Source: Acaryochloris marina MBIC11017 (GTDB taxonomy: Bacteria > Cyanobacteriota > Cyanobacteriia > Thermosynechococcales > Thermosynechococcaceae). From it: a DNA stretch of 32,000 bases. The translations under genes and the position numbers were made by a program. Positions 17,996 through 25,503 of the stretch are shown piece by piece. The stretch is from NCBI RefSeq assembly GCF_000018105.1, contig NC_009930.1:90001-122000 (forward strand), read 5' to 3'. The notes under the pieces are model-generated. The model ran no database searches. It had not been told where the DNA came from and saw only the letters and a list, made by a program, of their open reading frames with translations. How positions within the stretch are numbered: position 1 is the first letter of the stretch; each line of letters opens with the position of its first letter.

Positions 17996-18634
17996 TTAAG
18001 CTGCTTTGCTAACCTGCTCAAGCAAATGGTTGTGTGCCCAGTCCCACCAAGAGCGACGTTCCCAGTTAATGGCTTTGATGTCTTGGCCTTTTGCTTCGTT
18101 GTAGAGGGGCACAATCACAGCGTCGAGGTCTTCAACCGCCCCAGGAGAAACCCCCGAGAGTTCATACACGGTATCGGCCAGAGATTCCAGTTCAGTTCGC
18201 TTAATGGCAAGTTGCTTAAAGAAGGTCTCCCAGCTATTGATGCGAGTGACCGTGAGTTGATCCATCAGTTCGTTTAGGGCAACGATCATCAAAATGTCTT
18301 GGCCTGCTACCTGCTTAAGCACTTTGAATACAGCCTCTTTTAGGGGAGAGCATTTGGCCTTATTGGTTTTTCGCTGTTCTAGTCCCGTCGCTTCCAGGGT
18401 TAGCAATCCGAAGAGTTCAAGGACATGATCCCGGTTTCGCAGATTGCGATTGCCATGGTGTAATTCCCAGGCAAACTTAGCCAGCTTGTCTTGTCCTGTG
18501 GGGTCATCAGGTTTGTACTGTTTGACGATGTATTTTTTGATGTTGACCTTCTCAGGCTTAGCAGGATCGATATGCTCTTTGATGGCCTTGGTTAGAGCGT
18601 TGCGAGTGGCGTTGTTGTCTAGAGTGGCGGTCAT
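17996..18634 (-). CDS. hypothetical protein
   Basis: The start is trimmed to MTATLDNNATR (ATG 18634), preceded by GGAGAAAATC. 212 aa, predicted helical. No family recognised. Confidence 0.55.
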   Translation of the reverse strand: MTATLDNNATRNALTKAIKEHIDPAKPEKVNIKKYIVKQYKPDDPTGQDKLAKFAWELHHGNRNLRNRDHVLELFGLLTLEATGLEQRKTNKAKCSPLKEAVFKVLKQVAGQDILMIVALNELMDQLTVTRINSWETFFKQLAIKRTELESLADTVYELSGVSPGAVEDLDAVIVPLYNEAKGQDIKAINWERRSWWDWAHNHLLEQVSKAA

Positions 18635-18695
18635 GATTTTCTCCAAAAAGTGAATGAGGTTTGAGTGGTTATAAGAAACGTAGGCAGATTGATCC

Positions 18696-19028
18696 TCAGC
18701 AGCAAATGAAGTCCTGATCATCAGCTTCAACATCTGAGCGCACGGAGTTCAGCAGCTCCACGGGGTAAGAGGGCTTGGGTTCGGGCTGGGTTGGTAGAGC
18801 GGCTAGGGCTGTATATCTCAAAGAAAAAAAGATATCTCTGGGGGTGGAATGTTGGAAGGTGTGGACATAGGGGTTAAGTGACAACCAAAGATCCAAAGCT
18901 TGGTCATCGGTCAAATCTTTGCTACCTAGCACCAGGCGGTTGAGAATTGCCGTCTGCTGGTCATGGAGTTCAATCGTTGTGGTGAACTGAACTTGTGGAA
19001 TGAGCTTGTATCTTGTTTTGGGTTTCAT
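18696..19028 (-). CDS. hypothetical protein
   Basis: The start is trimmed to MKPKTRYKLIP. 110 aa. Confidence 0.45.
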   Translation of the reverse strand: MKPKTRYKLIPQVQFTTTIELHDQQTAILNRLVLGSKDLTDDQALDLWLSLNPYVHTFQHSTPRDIFFSLRYTALAALPTQPEPKPSYPVELLNSVRSDVEADDQDFICC

Positions 19029-19204
19029 TGGTTTTTCCCCGTAGCGAATGGAATGAAGAAGGACAAGAACATGGCGAAGTAGATGGATTGCCAGAGCAAA
19101 AACCAAATGAGGGTGTAACCGTTCATCGTTGCCCCCTAAGTTTTCAAAATCTCTATGGAATCTGAACTGCTTGGATGATTAGTGGCTCACCCAGGCCAGG
19201 GAGA

Positions 19205-19582
19205 TTAATGCTCAGACGGCAGCAGCACAACGCCGTATTCCGCATACAGCTTGATTTCTGGCAGGACGAAATCAGTGAAAGGAATATCTTGGGTAATGAC
19301 AGGGCTGCAAGTACTGGGGCTGTCTTCGTAGCAGGCTAAGACAGCGCTATGGTCGTCGTTTACGGTCAGCAACCAAAGCTGGAATTCTTGGAGGTTGGGA
19401 TTGCACTTGATGAGTCGCACCCGTTGATAACTTGCGATCTCGTCGAGGAGCCAGAAACATTCCCCTTTCTCTGCGAGTGTTTTGACGCCTTCTGTGTATC
19501 GGATGCCCAGCCAATGCTGATAGTGAGATTCACTGCAATGACAATGAGCAAGTTCAGCCTGAAGCTCTGAAGCTGTGATCAT
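19205..19582 (-). CDS. DUF6876-like protein (family typical of plasmid/ICE regions)
   Basis: The start is trimmed to MITASELQ. The pattern HYQHWLGIRYTEGVKTLAEKGECFWLLDEIASYQ ... EFQLWLLTV ... IPFTDF ... LLPSEH matches my recollection of DUF6876 proteins (..WY.H....YTDG....A....A.WLLDEIA ... FQVW.L.V ... FTDF ... LPSE[HY] at the C-terminus). Confidence 0.6.
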   Translation of the reverse strand: MITASELQAELAHCHCSESHYQHWLGIRYTEGVKTLAEKGECFWLLDEIASYQRVRLIKCNPNLQEFQLWLLTVNDDHSAVLACYEDSPSTCSPVITQDIPFTDFVLPEIKLYAEYGVVLLPSEH

Positions 19583-19651
19583 GGTATTTAGCCCCTGTGT
19601 AGCGAGTGGGTATGTGTGGTGTGGGAGGGGCAAAGGTGCCCCAGGATACTT

Positions 19652-19954
19652 CTAGAATTCTTCGTTTTCGGCTTCAATCTGGCGAGTGGTGGGGATGGTG
19701 CGCCAATCAGCTAGCCAGTGGTCATCACCAAAGAAAGTCTTGACCCAGCTCTCTAGGCGAGGCTGGATCAGACCTGGCTTAGACTTGACGGGTGCATAGA
19801 CTTCAAATAAATCGCCACCCTCACGTACACCGGGGTATTTTTCAATCTGCATCTCGACTGCAATCACTTCAGGATGAAGGGGATCAGTGACTTGAGAGTC
19901 AACAAGCTGAAGCAGTTCAGTGACGGTGGTGGGTGCTTCGGTTAAAGTTGTCAT
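19652..19954 (-). CDS. hypothetical acidic protein (first gene of the minus-strand operon)
   Basis: 100-aa ORF directly downstream of the palindrome-rich control region. No motif recognised. Confidence 0.5.
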   Translation of the reverse strand: MTTLTEAPTTVTELLQLVDSQVTDPLHPEVIAVEMQIEKYPGVREGGDLFEVYAPVKSKPGLIQPRLESWVKTFFGDDHWLADWRTIPTTRQIEAENEEF

Positions 19955-19983
19955 AGTTATTGCCTTTGATTGGGTTTTAACTA

Positions 19984-20018
19984 GGGCATCCGAGAACTTA
20001 CCAGGCGACCGGATGCCT
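19984..20018. other. stem-loop GGCATCCG-(17 nt)-CGGATGCC followed by TTTGTTTG on the plus strand
   Basis: Read directly from the sequence: arms at 19985-19992 and 20010-20017. It lies in the 5' leader of the minus-strand operon, about 30 nt upstream of ATG 19954. On the plus strand it looks like a terminator against antisense read-through. Confidence 0.35.
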
Positions 20019-20041
20019 TTGTTTGTATGTAATAACTATAT

Positions 20042-20145
20042 CACACTGAGTGTGTAAAATTACACACTAAATAAAACTATAGACTTATTGCGTGTGTATA
20101 AAAAGTACACTATGATGCAAGTTGTCTAGCACTAATGCATCATAG
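20042..20145. promoter_or_regulatory. divergent control region with nested palindromes (candidate operators)
   Basis: CACACTgAGTGTG is at 20042-20054. It overlaps GTGTGTAAaaTTACACAC at 20050-20067. Further GTGTGTA and GTACAC half-sites lie at 20092-20110. A 10-bp-arm inverted repeat CTATGATGCA-(16 nt)-TGCATCATAG at 20110-20145 abuts the first ATG of the RHH ORF. Confidence 0.5.
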
Positions 20146-20169
20146 ATGTGTGGTGTTGGAATAGTTGCT

Positions 20170-20343
20170 ATGACGAATAAATCACGAATGACGCGAATTA
20201 ACATCACTGTCCCGGAAGATTTACTTGAAGAGTTCAAAGAATACTGTGACTCGCAAGTAAGATCTGTTTCTTCTCAAATTCAGTTTTTTATGAAACAGGC
20301 AGTTGAGTCTAATCAGAAACAGAAAGGGAATGAAAGTTCTTGA
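20170..20343 (+). CDS. ribbon-helix-helix (CopG/Arc/MetJ-type) DNA-binding protein
   Basis: TRINITVPEDLLEEFKEYCDSQVRSVSSQIQFFMKQAV is a classic RHH beta-strand plus two helices. The start is ambiguous (ATG at 20146, 20170 or 20188). Confidence 0.7.
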   Translation: MTNKSRMTRINITVPEDLLEEFKEYCDSQVRSVSSQIQFFMKQAVESNQKQKGNESS

Positions 20344-20391
20344 TGCTGCTGAATAATCAATAAAAGCAACTATTACCAAGTGGTGAGATAA

Positions 20392-20637
20392 ATGACCAAC
20401 AGCAACCCCCAACGATGGACCGATGATCGGCTTGATGCCCTCGCTGCCTCTACCCAAAGCTTGCTAGAAGCAACACAGGCTAATACTAAAGCTATCGGGG
20501 AAAATTCTGAACTCATGCAGAAAGTGATTGAAGGTCAGCTAGCCATGCAGACTTTACATGGTCAATTGGCAGAGCAGACTTTGCAGCTGAAGCGGGCTGT
20601 TGACTACTTGCTGAGCAAAGATGGAGGGCAATCATGA
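20392..20637 (+). CDS. hypothetical coiled-coil protein
   Basis: 81-aa ORF downstream of the RHH gene with a heptad-like Q/L-rich sequence. Confidence 0.45.
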   Translation: MTNSNPQRWTDDRLDALAASTQSLLEATQANTKAIGENSELMQKVIEGQLAMQTLHGQLAEQTLQLKRAVDYLLSKDGGQS

Positions 20638-20640
20638 TCA

Positions 20641-20865
20641 ATGGAATCTGAAGAGATTATCATCCGCTACTACCGCAATCCTATTCCTGTAATGGTCGAT
20701 CCTGGTCAGAATCATCCACGACATGAGCATGATTTATTACTAGGTTGGATTTGTCAGGGTAAGGATAGAAGCCCTGTACTCAAGAACTTCCCAAATGCTG
20801 AAATAGTTGCTAAGGCTAAGTCTGAGTCTGAGGCTAAGCCTTATCTAACCCTAGTAAAGCAATAG
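20641..20865 (+). CDS. hypothetical small protein
   Basis: 74-aa ORF whose ATG lies 3 nt after the previous stop. Its 3' end overlaps the convergent gene by 32 nt. Confidence 0.4.
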   Translation: MESEEIIIRYYRNPIPVMVDPGQNHPRHEHDLLLGWICQGKDRSPVLKNFPNAEIVAKAKSESEAKPYLTLVKQ

Positions 20866-21256
20866 TCTTCTTTATCCTGTCTTTCCCCGGTGCCCACTTA
20901 TCCCCGGCAGTAATCCTCAACACTTCCCCCCAAGCCTTAAGCTGATTTGCCCTCGATAGCTTCACCAATGGCCGAGCCGCACTCTCAGACTGAGGCAGCA
21001 CACTAAAATGCTCCTGCAAGAACAATACGAGTTCAGCAGCTTGAATACAGCGAAAAGCATGGATGTAAGTAACTCCAAGATTCTCTTCCACATAGACCTT
21101 GAATCCCTTGGAGTCTGGTAAATACAACTTGTTGTCTTGAATGACCTTTAATGCCAACCCAGAAGACAACAGAGCATCAGATCCAGTTTCAGTAGGTTCC
21201 AAAAATATTTCTTCCAGATCAGCCAAACTCTTATCCTGAAAATCGCGTAAATCCAT
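20834..21256 (-). CDS. hypothetical protein with ParB-associated HTH-like segment
   Basis: LYLPDSKGFKVYVEENLGVTYIHAFRCIQAAELV ... PQSESAARPLVKL resembles the segment (..F..YC.E.{W}G.S...AY.LI.AAEV ... NE.QARPL..L) that I recall downstream of ParB/Srx domains in plasmid and phage proteins. No ParB N-domain is present. Confidence 0.4.
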   Translation of the reverse strand: MDLRDFQDKSLADLEEIFLEPTETGSDALLSSGLALKVIQDNKLYLPDSKGFKVYVEENLGVTYIHAFRCIQAAELVLFLQEHFSVLPQSESAARPLVKLSRANQLKAWGEVLRITAGDKWAPGKDRIKKTIALLGLDKA

Positions 21257-21365
21257 CGCACCCAGAGTTTTAAGGTTTCAAAGCCAGGTGAATTATAGCA
21301 AGCCCTCCTTTGTCCGAAATCTTTACTAGGCAATATACAATCCATAGAGAAAGTGAGTTTTTCTC

Positions 21366-22694
21366 ATGACTAAATTAATCAGTAAATTAGTCTCAGCCAA
21401 GACCTCAGACCCCAAAGGCGACTCATCGGCTAAGGCCAAAATTGATACCGCTCCGCAACTCTCAGTTGAAGATATCTGGGATACCCTGGCAGACCGTGAC
21501 CTGTATCGACTCTCAATCGAAATTGATTCAGGCTTAAGACTCTCAGCCCGTCTAGATGCCGAAGATTTGGGCTTAGATCCTCATGTCGTTGATGAACTAG
21601 CGGGAGGCTACCGCAAAGCCTTCTCAGAGGCATTCACAAAGGCTCGAAATCAGCTCTCTGGCCTACAGAAAAAGTTCAATAAGAAATTCACCATCTACGT
21701 GAAGCCCTTCCGATTTATAGATGGCAGCATCATCAATGACGCCGTTGACTTTGCGCAGGAAATCAAGAATGAAGCGGCATCCTTACGCCAAGGCTTAGTG
21801 GATACCTACACAGATCAGCTCGAAACCTTCTTAGTGGAGCTGGAGCAGAAACTCAATGAAACAATACCCGGAAAAAAGAAGCAGATTGAAAAAGCCCTGA
21901 TTTACTATGCTGGAGAATTCCCCAGTATTGACGATTTTTCAGGTAGCCTCCAGGTGATTATCGATGGCCCGGTCCAGCTCACCTCCCTGAAAAATAAGCT
22001 CAAGGCCGATGCTGATTTGCAAGCTGAGTTAGCCAAAAAGAAACGGCTGACAGCTAAGCAAAAGAAAGAAGCTCAGGAGATTCAAGAGCGGATCAAAACC
22101 AGTCAGCTTATGCTCAATGGCATTGCTCAAGCAGTGCAACAGTCTCGTGTGGCTTGCCTGGATGAGGGCTGGGAACTGCTAGCTGACCTGATCGACCGCT
22201 TCGGTGCTAGCCCTGATGGGAAGCTCACAACCAAGGACCAGTCTGCGATTAACTCTACCTTTTCCCGACTGGAGCTACTAGAGAAGCACAACCCAGAGAT
22301 ATCAAAGCACTTGGCCGAGGCCCGGAAGCTGCATGAAGTGATGCAGGGCACTCCCACCCCAGAGCAGACCAAGGATGCCTATGATAAATTCTCTGCATTC
22401 CTTGCCAAGCAATCCAAGTCAGCGAGTGGTGAAGGGGCTGAGAAACTTCAGAAATCCCTTCAGTTTGCCAATGATTACAAAGCTTTGGTAAGCAGACTGG
22501 AGAAGCTGATCGAGACGCCCGATGCCGAAACATTGGCCGAACTAGAGGCAGGGCAACTCGCCAATATCGAAACCACGCTTACCCGCCGAGTGACGAACCT
22601 CAAACGCCTCACCAAGAAAGCCCAAGAGTCAGCCAAATATGCCAACGAACAGGCAGCAGCTCAAGGGGGAGTGGACCCCGTAGCAGGCTTCTAA
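21366..22694 (+). CDS. helical/coiled-coil protein, possibly DUF3150-like (first gene of the ATPase/VWA module)
   Basis: 442-aa ORF, Lys/Glu/Ala/Leu-rich with long heptad-like stretches. The N-terminal third (YRLSIEIDSGLRLSARLDAEDLGLDPHVVDELAGGYRKAFSEAF...) recalls the DUF3150 pattern (hS.s.W.G...L...DLGL). The assignment is unverified. Confidence 0.55.
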   Translation: MTKLISKLVSAKTSDPKGDSSAKAKIDTAPQLSVEDIWDTLADRDLYRLSIEIDSGLRLSARLDAEDLGLDPHVVDELAGGYRKAFSEAFTKARNQLSGLQKKFNKKFTIYVKPFRFIDGSIINDAVDFAQEIKNEAASLRQGLVDTYTDQLETFLVELEQKLNETIPGKKKQIEKALIYYAGEFPSIDDFSGSLQVIIDGPVQLTSLKNKLKADADLQAELAKKKRLTAKQKKEAQEIQERIKTSQLMLNGIAQAVQQSRVACLDEGWELLADLIDRFGASPDGKLTTKDQSAINSTFSRLELLEKHNPEISKHLAEARKLHEVMQGTPTPEQTKDAYDKFSAFLAKQSKSASGEGAEKLQKSLQFANDYKALVSRLEKLIETPDAETLAELEAGQLANIETTLTRRVTNLKRLTKKAQESAKYANEQAAAQGGVDPVAGF

Positions 22695-22778
22695 AGCTGG
22701 AAATACTTTCAATAACTGTAAGGAATTTATATTACCTAGGCTATCTAGATTCTGTAGAGAAATCAAAAATATAAGCTG

Positions 22779-23936
22779 ATGAAACCTCTTCAACTCAAGC
22801 TTCAGACGCTACGAAAAGAACTCAACGCCGCTCACCTGGAACGCAAGTCTGTGATTGATGGCTTGCTGGCTACATTACTGGCAAACCAAAACGCCTTGCT
22901 GTATGGGCCTCCGGGAACTGGGAAAAGTTTGATTTTGAGAGAGATATGCTCTGCGATCGCAGATGCGAACTTCTTCCAGCGCTTGCTTCACAAGGCCATG
23001 TCCCCCGATGAAGTCCTAGGGCAAATCAGTCTTAAAGCCTTGGAACAAGACATCATGAAGCGCAACACCAACGGCAGGCTTCAAGAGGCTCACTTGGCCT
23101 TTCTGGATGAAGTCTTTAGAGGCAATGGGGTACTGCTCAATAGCTTGCTGGAATTGATGAACGAGCGCACCTACGACAACCCAGATAAGCAGAAAAGCCC
23201 CCTCCGCTCGATAGTCGGTGCAACGAACTCGATTGATTCTGGGAGTGATTTGGAAGCCTTTGCCGATAGATTCATTTATCGACCCTGGATCTTTGATCTG
23301 AAGACCCCCAGCTCTACTAAAAAGCTATTGAGCTGGACAATCAACGGTAATCGTCCCCAGGTGAGCCAAGGGTTGATTACATTGGCTGAACTCGATCAGA
23401 TGTGTGCTGAAGCCCAACGGGTGAAAATCACCAGTGGAATGGTGGATGCATTCACTGAGATGATTCACAACTTGATCCGGGATGGCTTTGTGATTAGTGC
23501 CCGCCGACGAGTGAAACTGCTGCAACTGGTTCAGTGTTATGCCTACGTCCAAGGCGATGAGCAAGTTTATCTAGAGCATGTGCATGAGCTATTACCCCAG
23601 TGCTGTTGGAAATCCAAGATAGAGGAAATCAGAGAAATCAAGAAGCTGATTGAAACCACAGCACCCATCGCGAAAAAGAAATTAGCGGATATTGTCAAAG
23701 CCGCTCAGGGTGAAGTATCAAGGCTAGAAGAGAAACTGAATGATCCACGATTAGGCCATACTGATCATGTCTATGCTGCTGACTTTGCCAGAACACAGCT
23801 CAGCAACTTATCGAACAGCTTGAATAAGGTTCAGGCTGATTTATGCAGGAATGGGGCCAGCCAAAGAACTAAAGCAGAAGCTGATTTGAAGGCGAAAGCC
23901 CAGCGAGTCAGTGAACTAGTTGAAGGCTTATATTGA
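22779..23936 (+). CDS. MoxR/RavA-type AAA+ ATPase with coiled-coil C-terminal tail
   Basis: Walker A is LLYGPPGTGKS, Walker B is AHLAFLDEVF, followed by NSLLELMNERTY, sensor-1 VGATN and EAFADRFIYRPWI. The order and spacing match E. coli RavA (LLGPPGIAKS ... IVFLDEIWKA ... LLTAINER ... DR). The last ~110 aa are helical. Confidence 0.85.
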   Translation: MKPLQLKLQTLRKELNAAHLERKSVIDGLLATLLANQNALLYGPPGTGKSLILREICSAIADANFFQRLLHKAMSPDEVLGQISLKALEQDIMKRNTNGRLQEAHLAFLDEVFRGNGVLLNSLLELMNERTYDNPDKQKSPLRSIVGATNSIDSGSDLEAFADRFIYRPWIFDLKTPSSTKKLLSWTINGNRPQVSQGLITLAELDQMCAEAQRVKITSGMVDAFTEMIHNLIRDGFVISARRRVKLLQLVQCYAYVQGDEQVYLEHVHELLPQCCWKSKIEEIREIKKLIETTAPIAKKKLADIVKAAQGEVSRLEEKLNDPRLGHTDHVYAADFARTQLSNLSNSLNKVQADLCRNGASQRTKAEADLKAKAQRVSELVEGLY

Positions 23937-23937
23937 T

Positions 23938-25386
23938 ATGTTCACCCAGCTCAAGGCAGAACTCACCCCCATCACCACCGAAGTCAGCGAAACCTCAAAG
24001 CTGTTTTGGCAAGACTATCTCAACTCAAATCCTACAATGGTGGAGGTGACCCAGGACACGAATATCAAAACCCTCAATCGTTTTGCCCTGGAAGTCTTTC
24101 ATCGGTTGTATTACTCCCCCATACCGGAATGGCTACCGGAGAAACCAGAACATCAATGGGCGCGAGTGTTGCACAACCAGCTCAGTGAATCTGAAGAGTT
24201 CCAAAATCTAACCCTGACTTGTACGGGCGATCCGTTAGGTTCTGCCATCGCTGCCCAATCCATGATCACCAATCTGTACCGACAGCTTGAAGAGGCCAGC
24301 GACGATCTGGAGATAGACGAACTCGACACCCTTAGAGCTAAGGCCCGCCGCGCCAAAATGGAGGGTGATGAGGAGCTATTCAAGGAACTCCAAGCCCAAG
24401 GGCAGGCCATGTCCCAAGCAGCACAAACCTTTGCTCAAAATTTGGAAGGCATGGAAGGTGAAGGCATTGGTGAGAGCGTTGAGGATGCTGAGGGGAATGT
24501 ACAGGAGAAGAAAGACGAGCTGGAAGCCTTGGGGATGAGCTGGGGAAATGAGCCAGGTGACCGCAACCCCACACCCACCGGAGAGAAGCTAAAGCTTGCG
24601 GCTTTGATTGAACAGCGGCCACAACTCAAGAAGATACTAGCCCTCGCTGGAAATGCCTTGGAGACAGCCAACCGCAAACGCCGACAGCACCAGTCCGAGA
24701 CGGGATATGGTGAGTTAGTGGGGATTACCACGGGGAATGATGTGGCTCAAGTCCTGCCTCAAGAGTTGGCAAGGCTTTCAGATTCCAGACAGAAACTGAG
24801 TTTTTATCGAGACTTTCTAGAAGGTCAGTTGTTTCAGAATGACTTACAGGCCCCAGAGGAGAAGGGGAAAGGTCCGATGGTGATTTGCCTGGATTGCTCT
24901 GGATCGATGGTTAAGGGCAATCGTTTTCTCTGGTCAAAAGCCCTGATCGTTGCGTTGGTGAAGTTGGCCCATGAGCAGGATCGGGTGGTTTCGCTGGTAT
25001 TGTTTGAGTCTGTTTGTTACGACCCTATCTATTTCCATCCCAGAGAGGACATTGACCAGCTGATCCGATTGCTGGTTACGAGTCCCACGGATGGAGGGAC
25101 AGAGTTTCAAAGACCACTGGAAACAGCCAGGGACATCATTGAGCAGGACAACAACTACAGCGAGGCCGATATTGTCTTTATCACGGATGGGATTGCGCCT
25201 TTGAGTTCCACTTTTGTTCAAGAGTACTCAAATTCCCTACAGAATTTGAAAACGGATTTCTTTTTGCTAGAAATTGAACCGAAACAGGGATGGTCAAGCG
25301 AACTCAGGACGTTGGCGAGTCAGTCTTGGGCAATTGATGCGGATGGAAATTTTGAGGAATTGGGGGCTGTGTTTACGGCTTGTTAG
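23938..25386 (+). CDS. VWA-domain protein (ViaA/CobT-like) with complete MIDAS motif
   Basis: The ATG at 23938 lies 1 nt after the ATPase stop (TGA t ATG); the track's TTG start at 23920 is less likely. The C-terminal VWA reads MVICLDCSGSM ... TDGGTEF ... IVFITDGIA (DxSxS, T, D). The N-terminal ~300 aa are acidic and helical, with LPQELARLSD...FYRDFLEGQL resembling ViaA-type linkers. Confidence 0.85.
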   Translation: MFTQLKAELTPITTEVSETSKLFWQDYLNSNPTMVEVTQDTNIKTLNRFALEVFHRLYYSPIPEWLPEKPEHQWARVLHNQLSESEEFQNLTLTCTGDPLGSAIAAQSMITNLYRQLEEASDDLEIDELDTLRAKARRAKMEGDEELFKELQAQGQAMSQAAQTFAQNLEGMEGEGIGESVEDAEGNVQEKKDELEALGMSWGNEPGDRNPTPTGEKLKLAALIEQRPQLKKILALAGNALETANRKRRQHQSETGYGELVGITTGNDVAQVLPQELARLSDSRQKLSFYRDFLEGQLFQNDLQAPEEKGKGPMVICLDCSGSMVKGNRFLWSKALIVALVKLAHEQDRVVSLVLFESVCYDPIYFHPREDIDQLIRLLVTSPTDGGTEFQRPLETARDIIEQDNNYSEADIVFITDGIAPLSSTFVQEYSNSLQNLKTDFFLLEIEPKQGWSSELRTLASQSWAIDADGNFEELGAVFTAC

Positions 25387-25503
25387 CGAGTGTACGGAGT
25401 CAGAAGTAGTAGGTGGTTGAGATGGCTGAGGTTTTGGGTGAGGCAGCGTAATCTTTTGATTTGCATTGGAAAGCAGATTACCAAGAGGCCGTTAGGTAAT
25501 CCG

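Noticed and set aside
17896-18114. N-terminal 73-aa extension of track ORF 17515-18114, and similar long extensions of 17996-18733, 18696-19106 and 19205-19633
   Set aside because: The extensions overlap the preceding gene's coding region. Internal ATGs with better spacing or RBS give non-overlapping, tightly packed genes, so I trimmed the starts.
12071-22960. HIP1 octamers GCGATCGC at 12071-12078, 14007-14014 and 22953-22960
   Set aside because: These are a known cyanobacterial genome signature. They are useful only as taxonomic support, not a novel feature, and three copies in 32 kb is modest.
21430-25221. Numerous antisense or off-frame ORFs inside the three-gene module (e.g. 22127-22372, 22255-22533, 24153-24410, 24380-24622, 24435-24731, 24934-25221)
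   Set aside because: They are Ser/Arg/Pro/Cys-rich mirror frames of well-supported plus-strand genes, which is typical shadow-ORF composition.
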